A DNA stretch of 16,115 nt from an uncultured Planctomycetota bacterium. Lineage in GTDB: Bacteria; Planctomycetota; J058; JACQDU01. Below the pieces are notes generated by a model. That model was not told where the DNA came from. It did not search any database and worked only from the letters and a program-made list of their open reading frames with translations. Location of the stretch: positions 1 to 16,115 of the forward strand of contig CAZYLP010000081.1 in assembly GCA_964648345.1 (NCBI GenBank). The letters are read 5' to 3'. Within the stretch, counting starts at the first letter, position 1. Each line of letters opens with the position of its first letter. Both the position numbers and the translations under genes were made by a program. Shown in pieces: positions 1 to 7,112 of the stretch.

Positions 1-35
1 TGCCGCTGCGGCGGGGGGCGGGCCCCCCGGCCCCC

Positions 36-536
36 CTACTCCGGGCGTTTGAACCAGCCGGTGGGACGCGGAGGGGCGCCCTTCTCGATGCACTCGAGCT
101 CGCTCGGCGTGAGGAGGATCCTCTCGACCTCCCACTCCGACTTCACGACTCCGAGCGCGATGAAGTACCCGCGTCCGACACGCCACGAGAGCTCGACGAG
201 CGCCGAGGCCGTGGCGGCATTGCCCGCAACTCCGAGGACGATGCGGACGCGCGAGCTCTCCGCGAGCTTGCCGGCGGCCTTGAGGTACGGGAGAGGCCCG
301 AGCGCGCGCGCCGCCGCCGGCGCGGGTGGCGAGCCGATGAGCGCGTTCGAGTCTCGCTGGCTCTCGCCCGCGCTCGCGAGCGCGGCAGCCAGCGCGGTGG
401 CGGCGCGCTCCTCGAGGGGCTCGGGCCCCTCCGCGACGAGCACGAGGAGCGTTCCCGGGACTCGCATCCGCTCGAGCAACTTCCGGCGAGCGTCGTCGTC
501 GGAGCCGATCAAGAGGTAGAAGGGCGCGTCTCTCAC
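36..536 (-). CDS. Hypothetical protein (166 aa), last gene of the minus-strand redoxin/peroxidase operon; possible Rossmann-like beta-alpha-beta core (VRIVLGVAGNAATASALVEL)
   Basis: Minus-strand ORF with balanced amino-acid composition, whereas the overlapping plus-strand ORF 49-519 is a Ser/Arg/Ala-rich wrong-frame product. GTG start at 536 lies 10 nt after the stop of the upstream peroxidase gene, consistent with co-transcription. No family recognised by eye. Confidence 0.45.
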   Translation of the reverse strand: MRDAPFYLLIGSDDDARRKLLERMRVPGTLLVLVAEGPEPLEERAATALAAALASAGESQRDSNALIGSPPAPAAARALGPLPYLKAAGKLAESSRVRIVLGVAGNAATASALVELSWRVGRGYFIALGVVKSEWEVERILLTPSELECIEKGAPPRPTGWFKRPE

Positions 537-546
537 GGCTCTGCGC

Positions 547-2325
547 TCACAACGACTCGAGGAACACGACCAGATCCGCGATCTCCTGCGGCGTGAGCTC
601 CGTCTCGTCCTCGGCTCGAGGCGGGTGGAGCTTCGTCAGGACGTCCGCGAGCGTGCGCGCCCTCCCGTCGTGGAGGAACGGCGCCCGGTGCCGGACGCCG
701 CGCAGCGAGGGCGGGTTGAACCCCTGGTAGACGTCGTCCCTCGACTCGAGGTCCACGAGGTTCACCCCGGCGGTCGTGTAGTCGGGCGGCGCGTGGCACA
801 CGTCGCAGCTTCGCCGGAAGAAGACCTCGCGCCCGCGCGCCGCCGCATCGGGTGAAGGCGTCGGCCGCGGCGGCACGAAGTCGAGGCCCTTCAAGAACGC
901 GACGAGAGCGTCGAGGTCCTCGCTGGAAGGCTTGGGCCCCTGGAGAGTCTTCGTGAGCGACTGCTCGACCGACGCGCGGAGGTCCTTCTGCCAGCCGTGC
1001 CACGTGTAGGGTGCCGTCTTCGCGACGCCGCGGAGGCTCAGCGTCTTCTTCGCGTTTCCGTACCGGCCGTCGTTGAAGGTGTCGTAGCTCGCGCCGTTCG
1101 TGTGCCCGTCCGTATGGCACGAGTGGCACGAGTACCACTGACGGAAGGATCGCTTCGCGTCGTAGAAGACCGCCTCGCCTTGCCGCTCGAGGGATCGCTT
1201 GACCGGCCCGCCGAGGGAGATCCTCCGGGTCACCGAGGCGCTCGTGACCGAGACGACCTGGAGCGCGTTCTCGAGGTAGTTCGAGACGACGACGGACTCG
1301 CCTCCCGGGAGGAAGGCCACGCTCACCGGACGGCCCCCGAGCGCGACGCGGCGGAAGCGCTCGCGGTCGGTGCGGAGGTCCGGGTCGATGTGATCGCCCG
1401 GACCGCCGAACGCGACGAACGGCAGCGGCTGTCGCAGGAGGAGGAGCTCCTGCGTGCCGCCGGCACAGAGCGCGAGGCTCGCGCCGTCGGGGCTGACCGC
1501 GACCCCGTCGAGGTCGGCCACCGCCTCGCCGCGAGGATCGAGGGCGATCGCCTCGCGCGGCCCGTCCTGGCGGAGCGGGACGCGGCTGAGCCGGCTGCCG
1601 AGGACCCAGCCGGCGTCGATGTCGTTCCGGTTCGTACGCCCGCCGCGCTCGGCGACGTTGGCGACGTACGCCCACGCTCCGTCGGGCGAGACCGCGAGCT
1701 GGCGCACGTTGTGACCGCGGAGACGGACGGTGTGGAGAAGTCTCAGGTCCTTCGCGTCGAGGACGCGGAGGTCCATCGAGCGCGCGTGCCCTACGGCGAG
1801 GCGTTCACCGTCGGGCGTGAGCGCGACGTGCCACGGCTCGGCGCCGACGACGGCGCTCGCGACGACGGCGAGGCTCGTCAGGTCCACGACGGCGACCGCG
1901 TCGTCTCCCGAGAGGGCGACGAACGCGCGGCGACCGTCGCGGGCGATCGCGACGCCGCGCGGCTGGTAGCCGACGCCCGCGCTCCCCGCGACCCTCATCG
2001 CCGGCGGCGCCAGGTCCAGCACGGTGATCGAGCCCCCGAGGAGGCTCGTCACCACGGCGCGCTTCCCGTCGGGAGAGAGCGCGACCGCGAAGGGCCGGCC
2101 CCGAACGGGGACCTCGGCCGTGACCGCGCCCTCCTCGAGGTCCACGAGCGACGCCGTGTCGGCCGTGGCGTTCGCCGTCACGGCCCAGCGCCCGTCCGCC
2201 GAGACGGCGAGCCCCAGCGGCGAGCGGTCTCTCTCCGGTTCCTGCGCGAGGGCGATCGAGAGAGTCGAGAACACGAGGGCGGCGCGAACGGGCGTTCGCT
2301 TCACCCTCCGTGGAGCGGAGATCAT
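547..2325 (-). CDS. Secreted fusion protein: N-terminal YVTN-type beta-propeller repeats plus C-terminal di-haem cytochrome c peroxidase (CCP/MauG family) domain
   Basis: Two CXXCH haem-binding motifs (WYSCHSCH and SCDVCHA) in CCP-like context (GEAVFYDAKRS...SCHSCH; GREVFFRRSCDVCH; PSLRGV...APFLHDGRARTLADV). Upstream half has repeated (V/T)SPDG...A(Y)V(A/T) blades typical of YVTN/PQQ-like propellers. Signal peptide MISAPRRVKRTPVRAALVFSTLSIALAQEP begins at the ATG at 2325. The ORF-track start at 2472 would add 49 Arg-rich residues ahead of the signal peptide, so 2325 is preferred. Confidence 0.8.
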   Translation of the reverse strand: MISAPRRVKRTPVRAALVFSTLSIALAQEPERDRSPLGLAVSADGRWAVTANATADTASLVDLEEGAVTAEVPVRGRPFAVALSPDGKRAVVTSLLGGSITVLDLAPPAMRVAGSAGVGYQPRGVAIARDGRRAFVALSGDDAVAVVDLTSLAVVASAVVGAEPWHVALTPDGERLAVGHARSMDLRVLDAKDLRLLHTVRLRGHNVRQLAVSPDGAWAYVANVAERGGRTNRNDIDAGWVLGSRLSRVPLRQDGPREAIALDPRGEAVADLDGVAVSPDGASLALCAGGTQELLLLRQPLPFVAFGGPGDHIDPDLRTDRERFRRVALGGRPVSVAFLPGGESVVVSNYLENALQVVSVTSASVTRRISLGGPVKRSLERQGEAVFYDAKRSFRQWYSCHSCHTDGHTNGASYDTFNDGRYGNAKKTLSLRGVAKTAPYTWHGWQKDLRASVEQSLTKTLQGPKPSSEDLDALVAFLKGLDFVPPRPTPSPDAAARGREVFFRRSCDVCHAPPDYTTAGVNLVDLESRDDVYQGFNPPSLRGVRHRAPFLHDGRARTLADVLTKLHPPRAEDETELTPQEIADLVVFLESL

Positions 2326-2363
2326 CTGTAGATTCGGCTCACCGAGCCGACGCGGGTGATGCC

Positions 2364-2963
2364 TCACCCATAGCCCTTCGTCTGCTTCGTCGTCACGTCC
2401 TTGCCGGCGAGGACCTCGTCGAGCGCCTCGCGCGCGTACTGCGCCTTGGCGGTGTTCGCCTTCTTGCGCCACGAGCTCGGGGTCTGGAGGTCGTCGAACG
2501 CGCCGTAGTAGCGGAGCACGCCCTCCTTGTCGATCACGGCGTAGAGCGGAGTCACGCGCGCGCCGAAGTAGTCGGCGACGATGTTCCGGTCGTCGTAGAG
2601 GATCGGGACGTCGAAGTTCTTCGCCTCCGCGTACTTCTTGATGTCCTCCGCGCTGTCCGCGGCGCTGCTACGGATCCCGAGGAAGACGACGCCCTTCTTC
2701 TTGCACTCGGCGATGAGCTCGCCGGTCCTCTTCTCGTAGGCCCAGGTCACCTGGCACTTGTCGCTCACGAAGTAGAGGACGACCGTCTTCCCCTTGAGCT
2801 CGGAGAGCCTGACGAAGGTCTCGTTGTCGCTCATCACGTCCTTGAGCTTGAAGTCGCGGACCGGCTTGTCGACCGTTGCCTTCGCGGGGGCGTCCTCCGC
2901 GGACGTCGCGGCCATCGATCCCGCGAGCACGAGGACTGCCAGAGCCAGCGAGCGTGCGCTCAT
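2364..2963 (-). CDS. Periplasmic thioredoxin-fold protein (TlpA/Redoxin/AhpC-TSA-like) with atypical single-Cys active site (VSDKCQVTW)
   Basis: Signal peptide MSARSLALAVLVLAGSMAATSA. Redoxin-like pattern KGKTVVLYFVSDKCQ...GVVFLGIRSSAD...FDVPILYDDRNIVADYFGARVTPLYAVIDKEGVLRY. GGGGAG Shine-Dalgarno 6 nt upstream of the ATG at 2963. The ORF-track N-terminal extension to 3191 is rejected. First gene of the operon, 38 nt upstream of the peroxidase gene. Confidence 0.7.
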   Translation of the reverse strand: MSARSLALAVLVLAGSMAATSAEDAPAKATVDKPVRDFKLKDVMSDNETFVRLSELKGKTVVLYFVSDKCQVTWAYEKRTGELIAECKKKGVVFLGIRSSAADSAEDIKKYAEAKNFDVPILYDDRNIVADYFGARVTPLYAVIDKEGVLRYYGAFDDLQTPSSWRKKANTAKAQYAREALDEVLAGKDVTTKQTKGYG

Positions 2964-2997
2964 ATCGTCTCCCCTCGCGGCCCATGGTAACCGGTGG

Positions 2998-3028
2998 CCC
3001 TGCTCCACGACGGCGCTCCCTGCTCCAC
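2998..3028. promoter_or_regulatory. Two copies of 11-bp direct repeat CCCTGCTCCAC (2998-3008 and 3018-3028), start-to-start spacing 20 bp, in divergent intergenic region
   Basis: Exact repeat read directly from the sequence. Lies between the divergent start codons at 2963 (minus) and 3167 (plus). Spacing of about two helical turns is typical of response-regulator or other dimeric regulator sites. Confidence 0.35.
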
Positions 3029-3132
3029 CTCGGCGCAGGCTCGACTTAGCGCCTCCTGGCAATGGAAGGACATACGGGTTGCCTCCTTTCTTGCACCACG
3101 TAGGTTCCACCAGTCGGTTCGAGACTCGGGGT

Positions 3133-3151
3133 TTGGGGGCGAAGCCCCCAA
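3133..3151. promoter_or_regulatory. Perfect hairpin TTGGGGGC-GAA-GCCCCCAA (8-bp GC-rich stem, 3-nt loop) in the 5' leader of the major-vault-protein gene
   Basis: Seen directly in the sequence. Ends 16 nt upstream of the GTG start at 3167, just before the purine-rich ACAGGGG putative RBS. It cannot be a terminator for the flanking genes because both diverge from this region. Confidence 0.4.
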
Positions 3152-3166
3152 GAACAGGGGTGCCAG

Positions 3167-5218
3167 GTGGTCGAGCGAGACAGGGACACACGCGAGCGGG
3201 ACATCCTCGTCGCGGGCAACGAGTACGCGTACGTCCAGGACCTCACGAAGGGCGACATCGTCCTCTACGTCGGTCCGACGAAGATCAGCCTCTCGAACAC
3301 GGAGCGGCTCGTCGTCCTGCAAGGAGGGCGCTTCGTCCCGGTGCGCAGCGAGGACGGCGGCGCGACGGGTGTGTCCGCGTTCGTCGCGGCGACGAGCTCG
3401 CAGTACATCGTCCTCGAGAACCCGCCCAAGGATCCGGCATCGCGTCCCGTGAAGGGGAGCAACTCGGCGGTCGAGCTCCTCACCGGCAAGAAGGTCGTCG
3501 TGCCCGGCCCGGCGACGTTCCCTCTCTGGCCGGGCCAGCGCGCGAGCGTCGTCGACGGGCACGAGCTCCGCGAGAACCAGTTCCTCTGGCTCCGCGTCTA
3601 CGACAAGATCGAAGGCGACCCGAGCCCGATCGGGACCGGCAAGATCGTCCGCGGCTCCGAGGTGAGCTTCTACATCCCGAAGACCGGCCTCGAGGTCGTC
3701 CCGGACCGGACGGGCTACGTCCGCAACGCCGTGACGCTCCGGCGCAACACGGGCCTCCACGTCCGCGCCGTCAGGGAGTTCACGGCGGGCCCCGACGACG
3801 ACGTGCCGGCGGGCAGCTACGCCGCGGGGCAGGGGATCTTCATCAAGGACCGCGAGGGCTTCTTCTTCCCGACCGGCGACCTCGAGGTCGTCGGCGAGGT
3901 CCGCACGATCCCGCTCAGCGACAAGGAAGGGATCTACGTCCGCGACATCGAGACCGGGCGGATCTTCACGGAGATCGGCCCCAAGAACTACCTCCCCGAT
4001 CCGACGCGCGTCGAGGTCGTCACGCGCACGCTCGACCCCGAGACCGCGAAGCTCTACGGGGTCGCCAACCACGAGAGGGGCAAGGCGGTGTCGGTCTACA
4101 TCCCGCCGAGCTTCGCCGTGCTGGTGACCGCGAAGAACAAGCGCGAGGTCGTGCGCGGCCCGCAGACGCGGATCCTCGCGTTCGACGAGGACCTCGAGGT
4201 CCTCAAGCTCTCGACCGGCAAGCCGAAGACGGACGAGACGCTCCTCTCGACGTGCTTCCTCCAGACCGACGGCAACAAGGTCTCGGACATCGTGCGCGTG
4301 AAGACGCGCGACCACGTCGAGCTGAACGTCACGCTCTCCTACCGCGTGTCCTTCATGCCTCGTGAAGGGCACCAGGGCGACGAGCGCTGGTTCAACGTCA
4401 AGAACTACGTCGCGCTCCTCTGCGATCACCTCGCTTCGATCGTGCGCGGAGCGGTCCGCGCGCACTCGATCGAGCAGTTCCACGCGCGGAGCACCGAGGC
4501 GATCAGGAACGCCATCCTCGGCGAGAAGCACGGCGACGAGCCGCGCCTCGGCCGGCGCTTCGAGGAGAACGGCCTCACGGTCTACGACGTCGAGGTCCTC
4601 GACGTGAAGATCCTCGACGCGGAGGTCGAGAAGCTCCTCTCCGACGCGCAGAAGGCCGGCATCGCCGCCGACGTGACGCGGCGTCAGGAGGAGCTCCGCC
4701 TCGGCGGCGAGAAGCTCAGGGAGCAGGTGACGGCGCAGATCTACGAGGCGCAGATCGTCACCCTCGCGCGGGCCGTCGAGCTCGAGAACGCGAAGTGGCG
4801 CGTCTCCGAGGCGAAGGCCCAGGCCGGCGTCGAGCTCGACAAGCTCGACCGTCTCGGCCGCGCGCAGAACGAGGCCGAGGCGCTCGAGATCTCGAGCGCC
4901 GCGAGGGCCGCGGCGTCCGGCCGCGAGAACGAGGTCGAGGGCAAGGCGCTCCAGGCTCGCGTCGCCGCGTTCCGCGAGCAGATGGGCGCCCTCGCGCCCG
5001 AGCTCGTCACGACGATCATGGTGCTCGGCGAAAAGCAGCTCGCCGGGGAGCTCACGAAGAACCTCTCGCCGCTCGCTATCCTCGGGGGAACGTGCGTGGG
5101 CGTGGTCGGGGAGCGGCTCCTCGGCGCCCTCCCGCTCGGAGTGACGGGGCCCGACGGCGCGGCCAAGGCCGTCTCGACGGCCGAGGCCCGGGCGAGCAAG
5201 GCGAACGGGAGGCGCTGA
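3167..5218 (+). CDS. Major vault protein (MVP) homologue, 683 aa: MVP repeat domains, shoulder (SPFH-like) domain and cap-helix coiled coil
   Basis: Alignment by eye to human MVP across the whole length. N-terminus: [21 protein letters not shown]...ERLV vs [22 protein letters not shown]...ERVL. Repeat 2: FPLWPGQ vs FPLYPGE. Shoulder: [28 protein letters not shown] vs [46 protein letters not shown]...[23 protein letters not shown] vs LSAGRPKRPHARRALCLL...[37 protein letters not shown] vs HKNSARIIRTAVFG. Cap-helix: [42 protein letters not shown]... Ala/Glu/Leu-rich coiled coil. GTG start with upstream ACAGGGG. Confidence 0.85.
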   Translation: [683 protein letters not shown]

Positions 5219-5245
5219 GCGTCGTCGTCTGCAAGAATCGAGGTC

Positions 5246-5791
5246 ATGGACTTCGAGTGCACCGACGACGTGCCGTTCCCCGCGGAGGAGGTGCACCGCC
5301 TCCTCCGCGACGACATGACGGCGATCCTTCCGTTCCTCTCCGACGTCGAGGCGATCGAGGTCAAGGAGCGGAAGGAGGAGCCCGACGGGATCCGGATCAC
5401 GAACTTCTGGCGCGGCTCGATCAAGGCCGCGCCGAAGATCGCCCAGAAGTTCATCACGAAGGACCTCGTGAGCTGGACGGACCACGCGTTCTGGCCCTCG
5501 GCCGAGCGGCGCGCGGAGTGGCGGCTCGAGCCGCGCGTCGGCGCGGGCGTCTTCGAGTGCACGGGCAAGACGAGCGTCCTCGACGGAGCTACGCCGGGGA
5601 CGTGCCGGATCCGCGTCGAGGGGAAGCTGGCGATCTACCCCGAGCGCGTCCCGGGCGTGCCGCGGATCATGGCGAAGGCCGTGCGCGGGACGATCGAGAG
5701 CGTGATCGTCGCCATGATCGTCCCGAACATGAAGACCCTCGCGCGCGGCGTGAAGGGCTACTTCGAGTCGCGGAGGCGTGAGCCAGGTTAG
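5246..5791 (+). CDS. SRPBCC-superfamily protein (START/Bet v1/polyketide-cyclase-like, DUF2505-like), probably co-transcribed with the MVP gene
   Basis: 181-aa ORF beginning about 27 nt after the MVP stop, with GAGGTC just upstream of the ATG. Mixed alpha/beta pattern with a C-terminal amphipathic helix (AKAVRGTIESVIVAMIVPNMKTLARGV) typical of SRPBCC ligand-binding folds. Family assignment is by eye only. Coordinates follow the ORF track; my own base counting near the start differed by 1 nt. Confidence 0.55.
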   Translation: MDFECTDDVPFPAEEVHRLLRDDMTAILPFLSDVEAIEVKERKEEPDGIRITNFWRGSIKAAPKIAQKFITKDLVSWTDHAFWPSAERRAEWRLEPRVGAGVFECTGKTSVLDGATPGTCRIRVEGKLAIYPERVPGVPRIMAKAVRGTIESVIVAMIVPNMKTLARGVKGYFESRRREPG

Positions 5792-5845
5792 GCAAATTGT
5801 CGGTGGCATAGGTTAGGTTTGTTCCGCGTGAGGCGAAGGCGACCG

Positions 5846-6187
5846 ATGCCAGACGTGTGGGCGACTCAGTTTCTCGGAACTGTCTACGAAGACCTGTCGG
5901 GGAGGCTCATGGCCCAACGACAGTCCATCCCGAAGAACAGTCCGCCGACCCACCACGGCGGCGATCGTCTGTTCCGTCGCTTGGACTGCGCGGTGATCAA
6001 CTGGGCGGCGAAGGCGGGTCACTCCGGCGGTCGAGACCTCGCGTTCGACACCGTGCGGGGCGTGTTCGAGGAAGGGCTCCCGGCATCTCCTGGCGCGGCG
6101 GTCCGGCAGAAGTCGCATGTCCAGATCGCGATCAGGAGTCCCGCCTGCATCCTTGGGATCTTCCGGCCCACCGGCTACTCTCTTTAG
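5846..6187 (+). CDS. Hypothetical protein (about 113 aa) in a lower-GC segment
   Basis: Frame-2 ORF with a protein-like composition (MPDVWATQFLGTVYEDLSGRLMAQRQSIPK...). ATG at 5846 preceded by GAGGCGAAGG. The track ORF begins at a TTG at 5819. Third-position GC is lower than in the surrounding genes. No homology recognised. Confidence 0.35.
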   Translation: MPDVWATQFLGTVYEDLSGRLMAQRQSIPKNSPPTHHGGDRLFRRLDCAVINWAAKAGHSGGRDLAFDTVRGVFEEGLPASPGAAVRQKSHVQIAIRSPACILGIFRPTGYSL

Positions 6188-6198
6188 ACGAGGACCTC

Positions 6199-6417
6199 GT
6201 GCGAATCATCGACCCCTACCGCAAGGAGAACGCTCGGCTCCTGAAGTGGCTCGCGCAGCTCTCCGAGGAAGATGGCGTGAGACTCTTGAAGGAGTGCGGC
6301 ATCCTCGACGCGCGCGGAAACCTCGCGCGGAAGTACAGGACGCCGAAGGACGAGGTACAGAAACCGGCAAAGCCCAAGTCGCCGAAGACCCCCCGACGTA
6401 AACGAGCGGCTTCATAG
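6199..6417 (+). CDS. Small basic hypothetical protein (about 72 aa), C-terminus Lys/Pro/Arg-rich (KPAKPKSPKTPRRKRAAS)
   Basis: Frame-1 ORF whose protein-like part starts near LDEDLVRIIDPYRKENARLLKWLAQLSEEDGVRLLKECGILDARGNLARKYR. GTG at 6199 preceded by GAGGA 4 nt upstream. The frame-1 sequence further upstream (5857-6180) looks like an Arg-rich wrong-frame product. Alternatively this is the 3' part of a gene frameshifted relative to 5846-6187. Confidence 0.3.
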   Translation: MRIIDPYRKENARLLKWLAQLSEEDGVRLLKECGILDARGNLARKYRTPKDEVQKPAKPKSPKTPRRKRAAS

Positions 6418-6430
6418 CTCGACCGGCTGC

Positions 6431-7102
6431 GTGGGGATTTCCTACGAGCACTGGTTCGTCGTGCGCGACCTCGACTGGCGCCCGGCCAAGAAACACGGAG
6501 AGGCGATCCATCGCCTCCTCGTCGATTGGGGCCTCGTCCGCGAGAAGCCGAAGCTGTTCGCGGTTGACGAGGGGCACGAGAGAGAAGTGCAAGGCGCCGC
6601 TGTCGTGCGGGACGGCGCCATCCCTGACGAACTCTGGATGCGCTACAGCCCCATGGTCGAAGGCGAGGCCGCCGAACGGGTCGTGGGACCGCTCGAGGAG
6701 GAGAGCGTCCCGGAGGCAAGGCCGTTCATCTGGGCCATCACCGTCGTCCTCGGTCGCGACTACAAGATCATCGACGCTCCGGACTTCGGACCGGTCTCCA
6801 CATCTCTCGTGGGAGGGCGGAGACCGACGCACGCGGTCGGCGCGATCGACGCCGTCGCCGCGACGTGGGATCAGCCGCCGCCTCCCACCGAGGTCGCATT
6901 CTCCGATCCCATGACGGGTGATCCCCGCGAAGTGCCCGACGGGTTCGTCGGGCTCATGAGGTCGGGAGTCATCTTCGACTGCGACAGGGCTCGCCCCGAG
7001 TTCCCACGGAGTTCCGATTCCCGGCTTCCGAACCGCGAGTTCGTCCGAGCGCTCGAGGGTGCCCTCGAGACCGGGGTTATCGAGATCGGCCGGTACGTCT
7101 GA
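6431..7102 (+). CDS. Hypothetical protein (223 aa)
   Basis: Plus-strand codon usage is typical of the host (ttc, gac, gag, ctc, atc, high GC3), whereas the antisense ORF 6206-6832 is Arg/Pro-rich. GTG start at 6431. No recognisable motif (MGISYEHWFVVRDLDWRPAKKHGEAIHRLLVDWGLV...). Confidence 0.55.
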   Translation: MGISYEHWFVVRDLDWRPAKKHGEAIHRLLVDWGLVREKPKLFAVDEGHEREVQGAAVVRDGAIPDELWMRYSPMVEGEAAERVVGPLEEESVPEARPFIWAITVVLGRDYKIIDAPDFGPVSTSLVGGRRPTHAVGAIDAVAATWDQPPPPTEVAFSDPMTGDPREVPDGFVGLMRSGVIFDCDRARPEFPRSSDSRLPNREFVRALEGALETGVIEIGRYV

Positions 7103-7112
7103 CGACGACGCG

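Noticed and set aside
49-519. Plus-strand 156-aa ORF opposite gene 36-536
   Set aside because: Ser/Arg/Ala-rich low-complexity translation. The minus-strand frame has the better composition and sits in an operon position 10 nt after the peroxidase stop.
997-2331. 444-aa plus-strand ORF (also 1454-1714, 1730-1969, 2024-2359 and 2310-2990 on plus, and 533-1675 on minus)
   Set aside because: All overlap the cytochrome c peroxidase and redoxin genes in other frames or on the opposite strand. They have Arg/Ala/Pro-rich compositions with no motifs. The real genes carry CXXCH motifs, beta-propeller repeats and signal peptides.
2326-2472. N-terminal extensions of track ORFs 547-2472, 2364-3191 and 8443-8982
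   Set aside because: The extensions precede clear signal peptides or run through Arg-rich or AT-rich intergenic sequence. Internal ATGs at 2325, 2963 and 8847 give sensible N-termini.
3095-3130. tRNA-like T-loop resemblance (GGTTCGAGACTCGG)
   Set aside because: The flanking sequence cannot form a T-stem or an acceptor stem, and there is no D-arm or anticodon-arm arrangement, so this is not a tRNA.
2960-5809. 949-aa minus-strand ORF spanning the MVP region
   Set aside because: Antisense to the strongly supported MVP gene. The translation is Arg/Asp/Glu/Leu-rich and low-complexity, as expected for a GC-rich antisense frame without stops.
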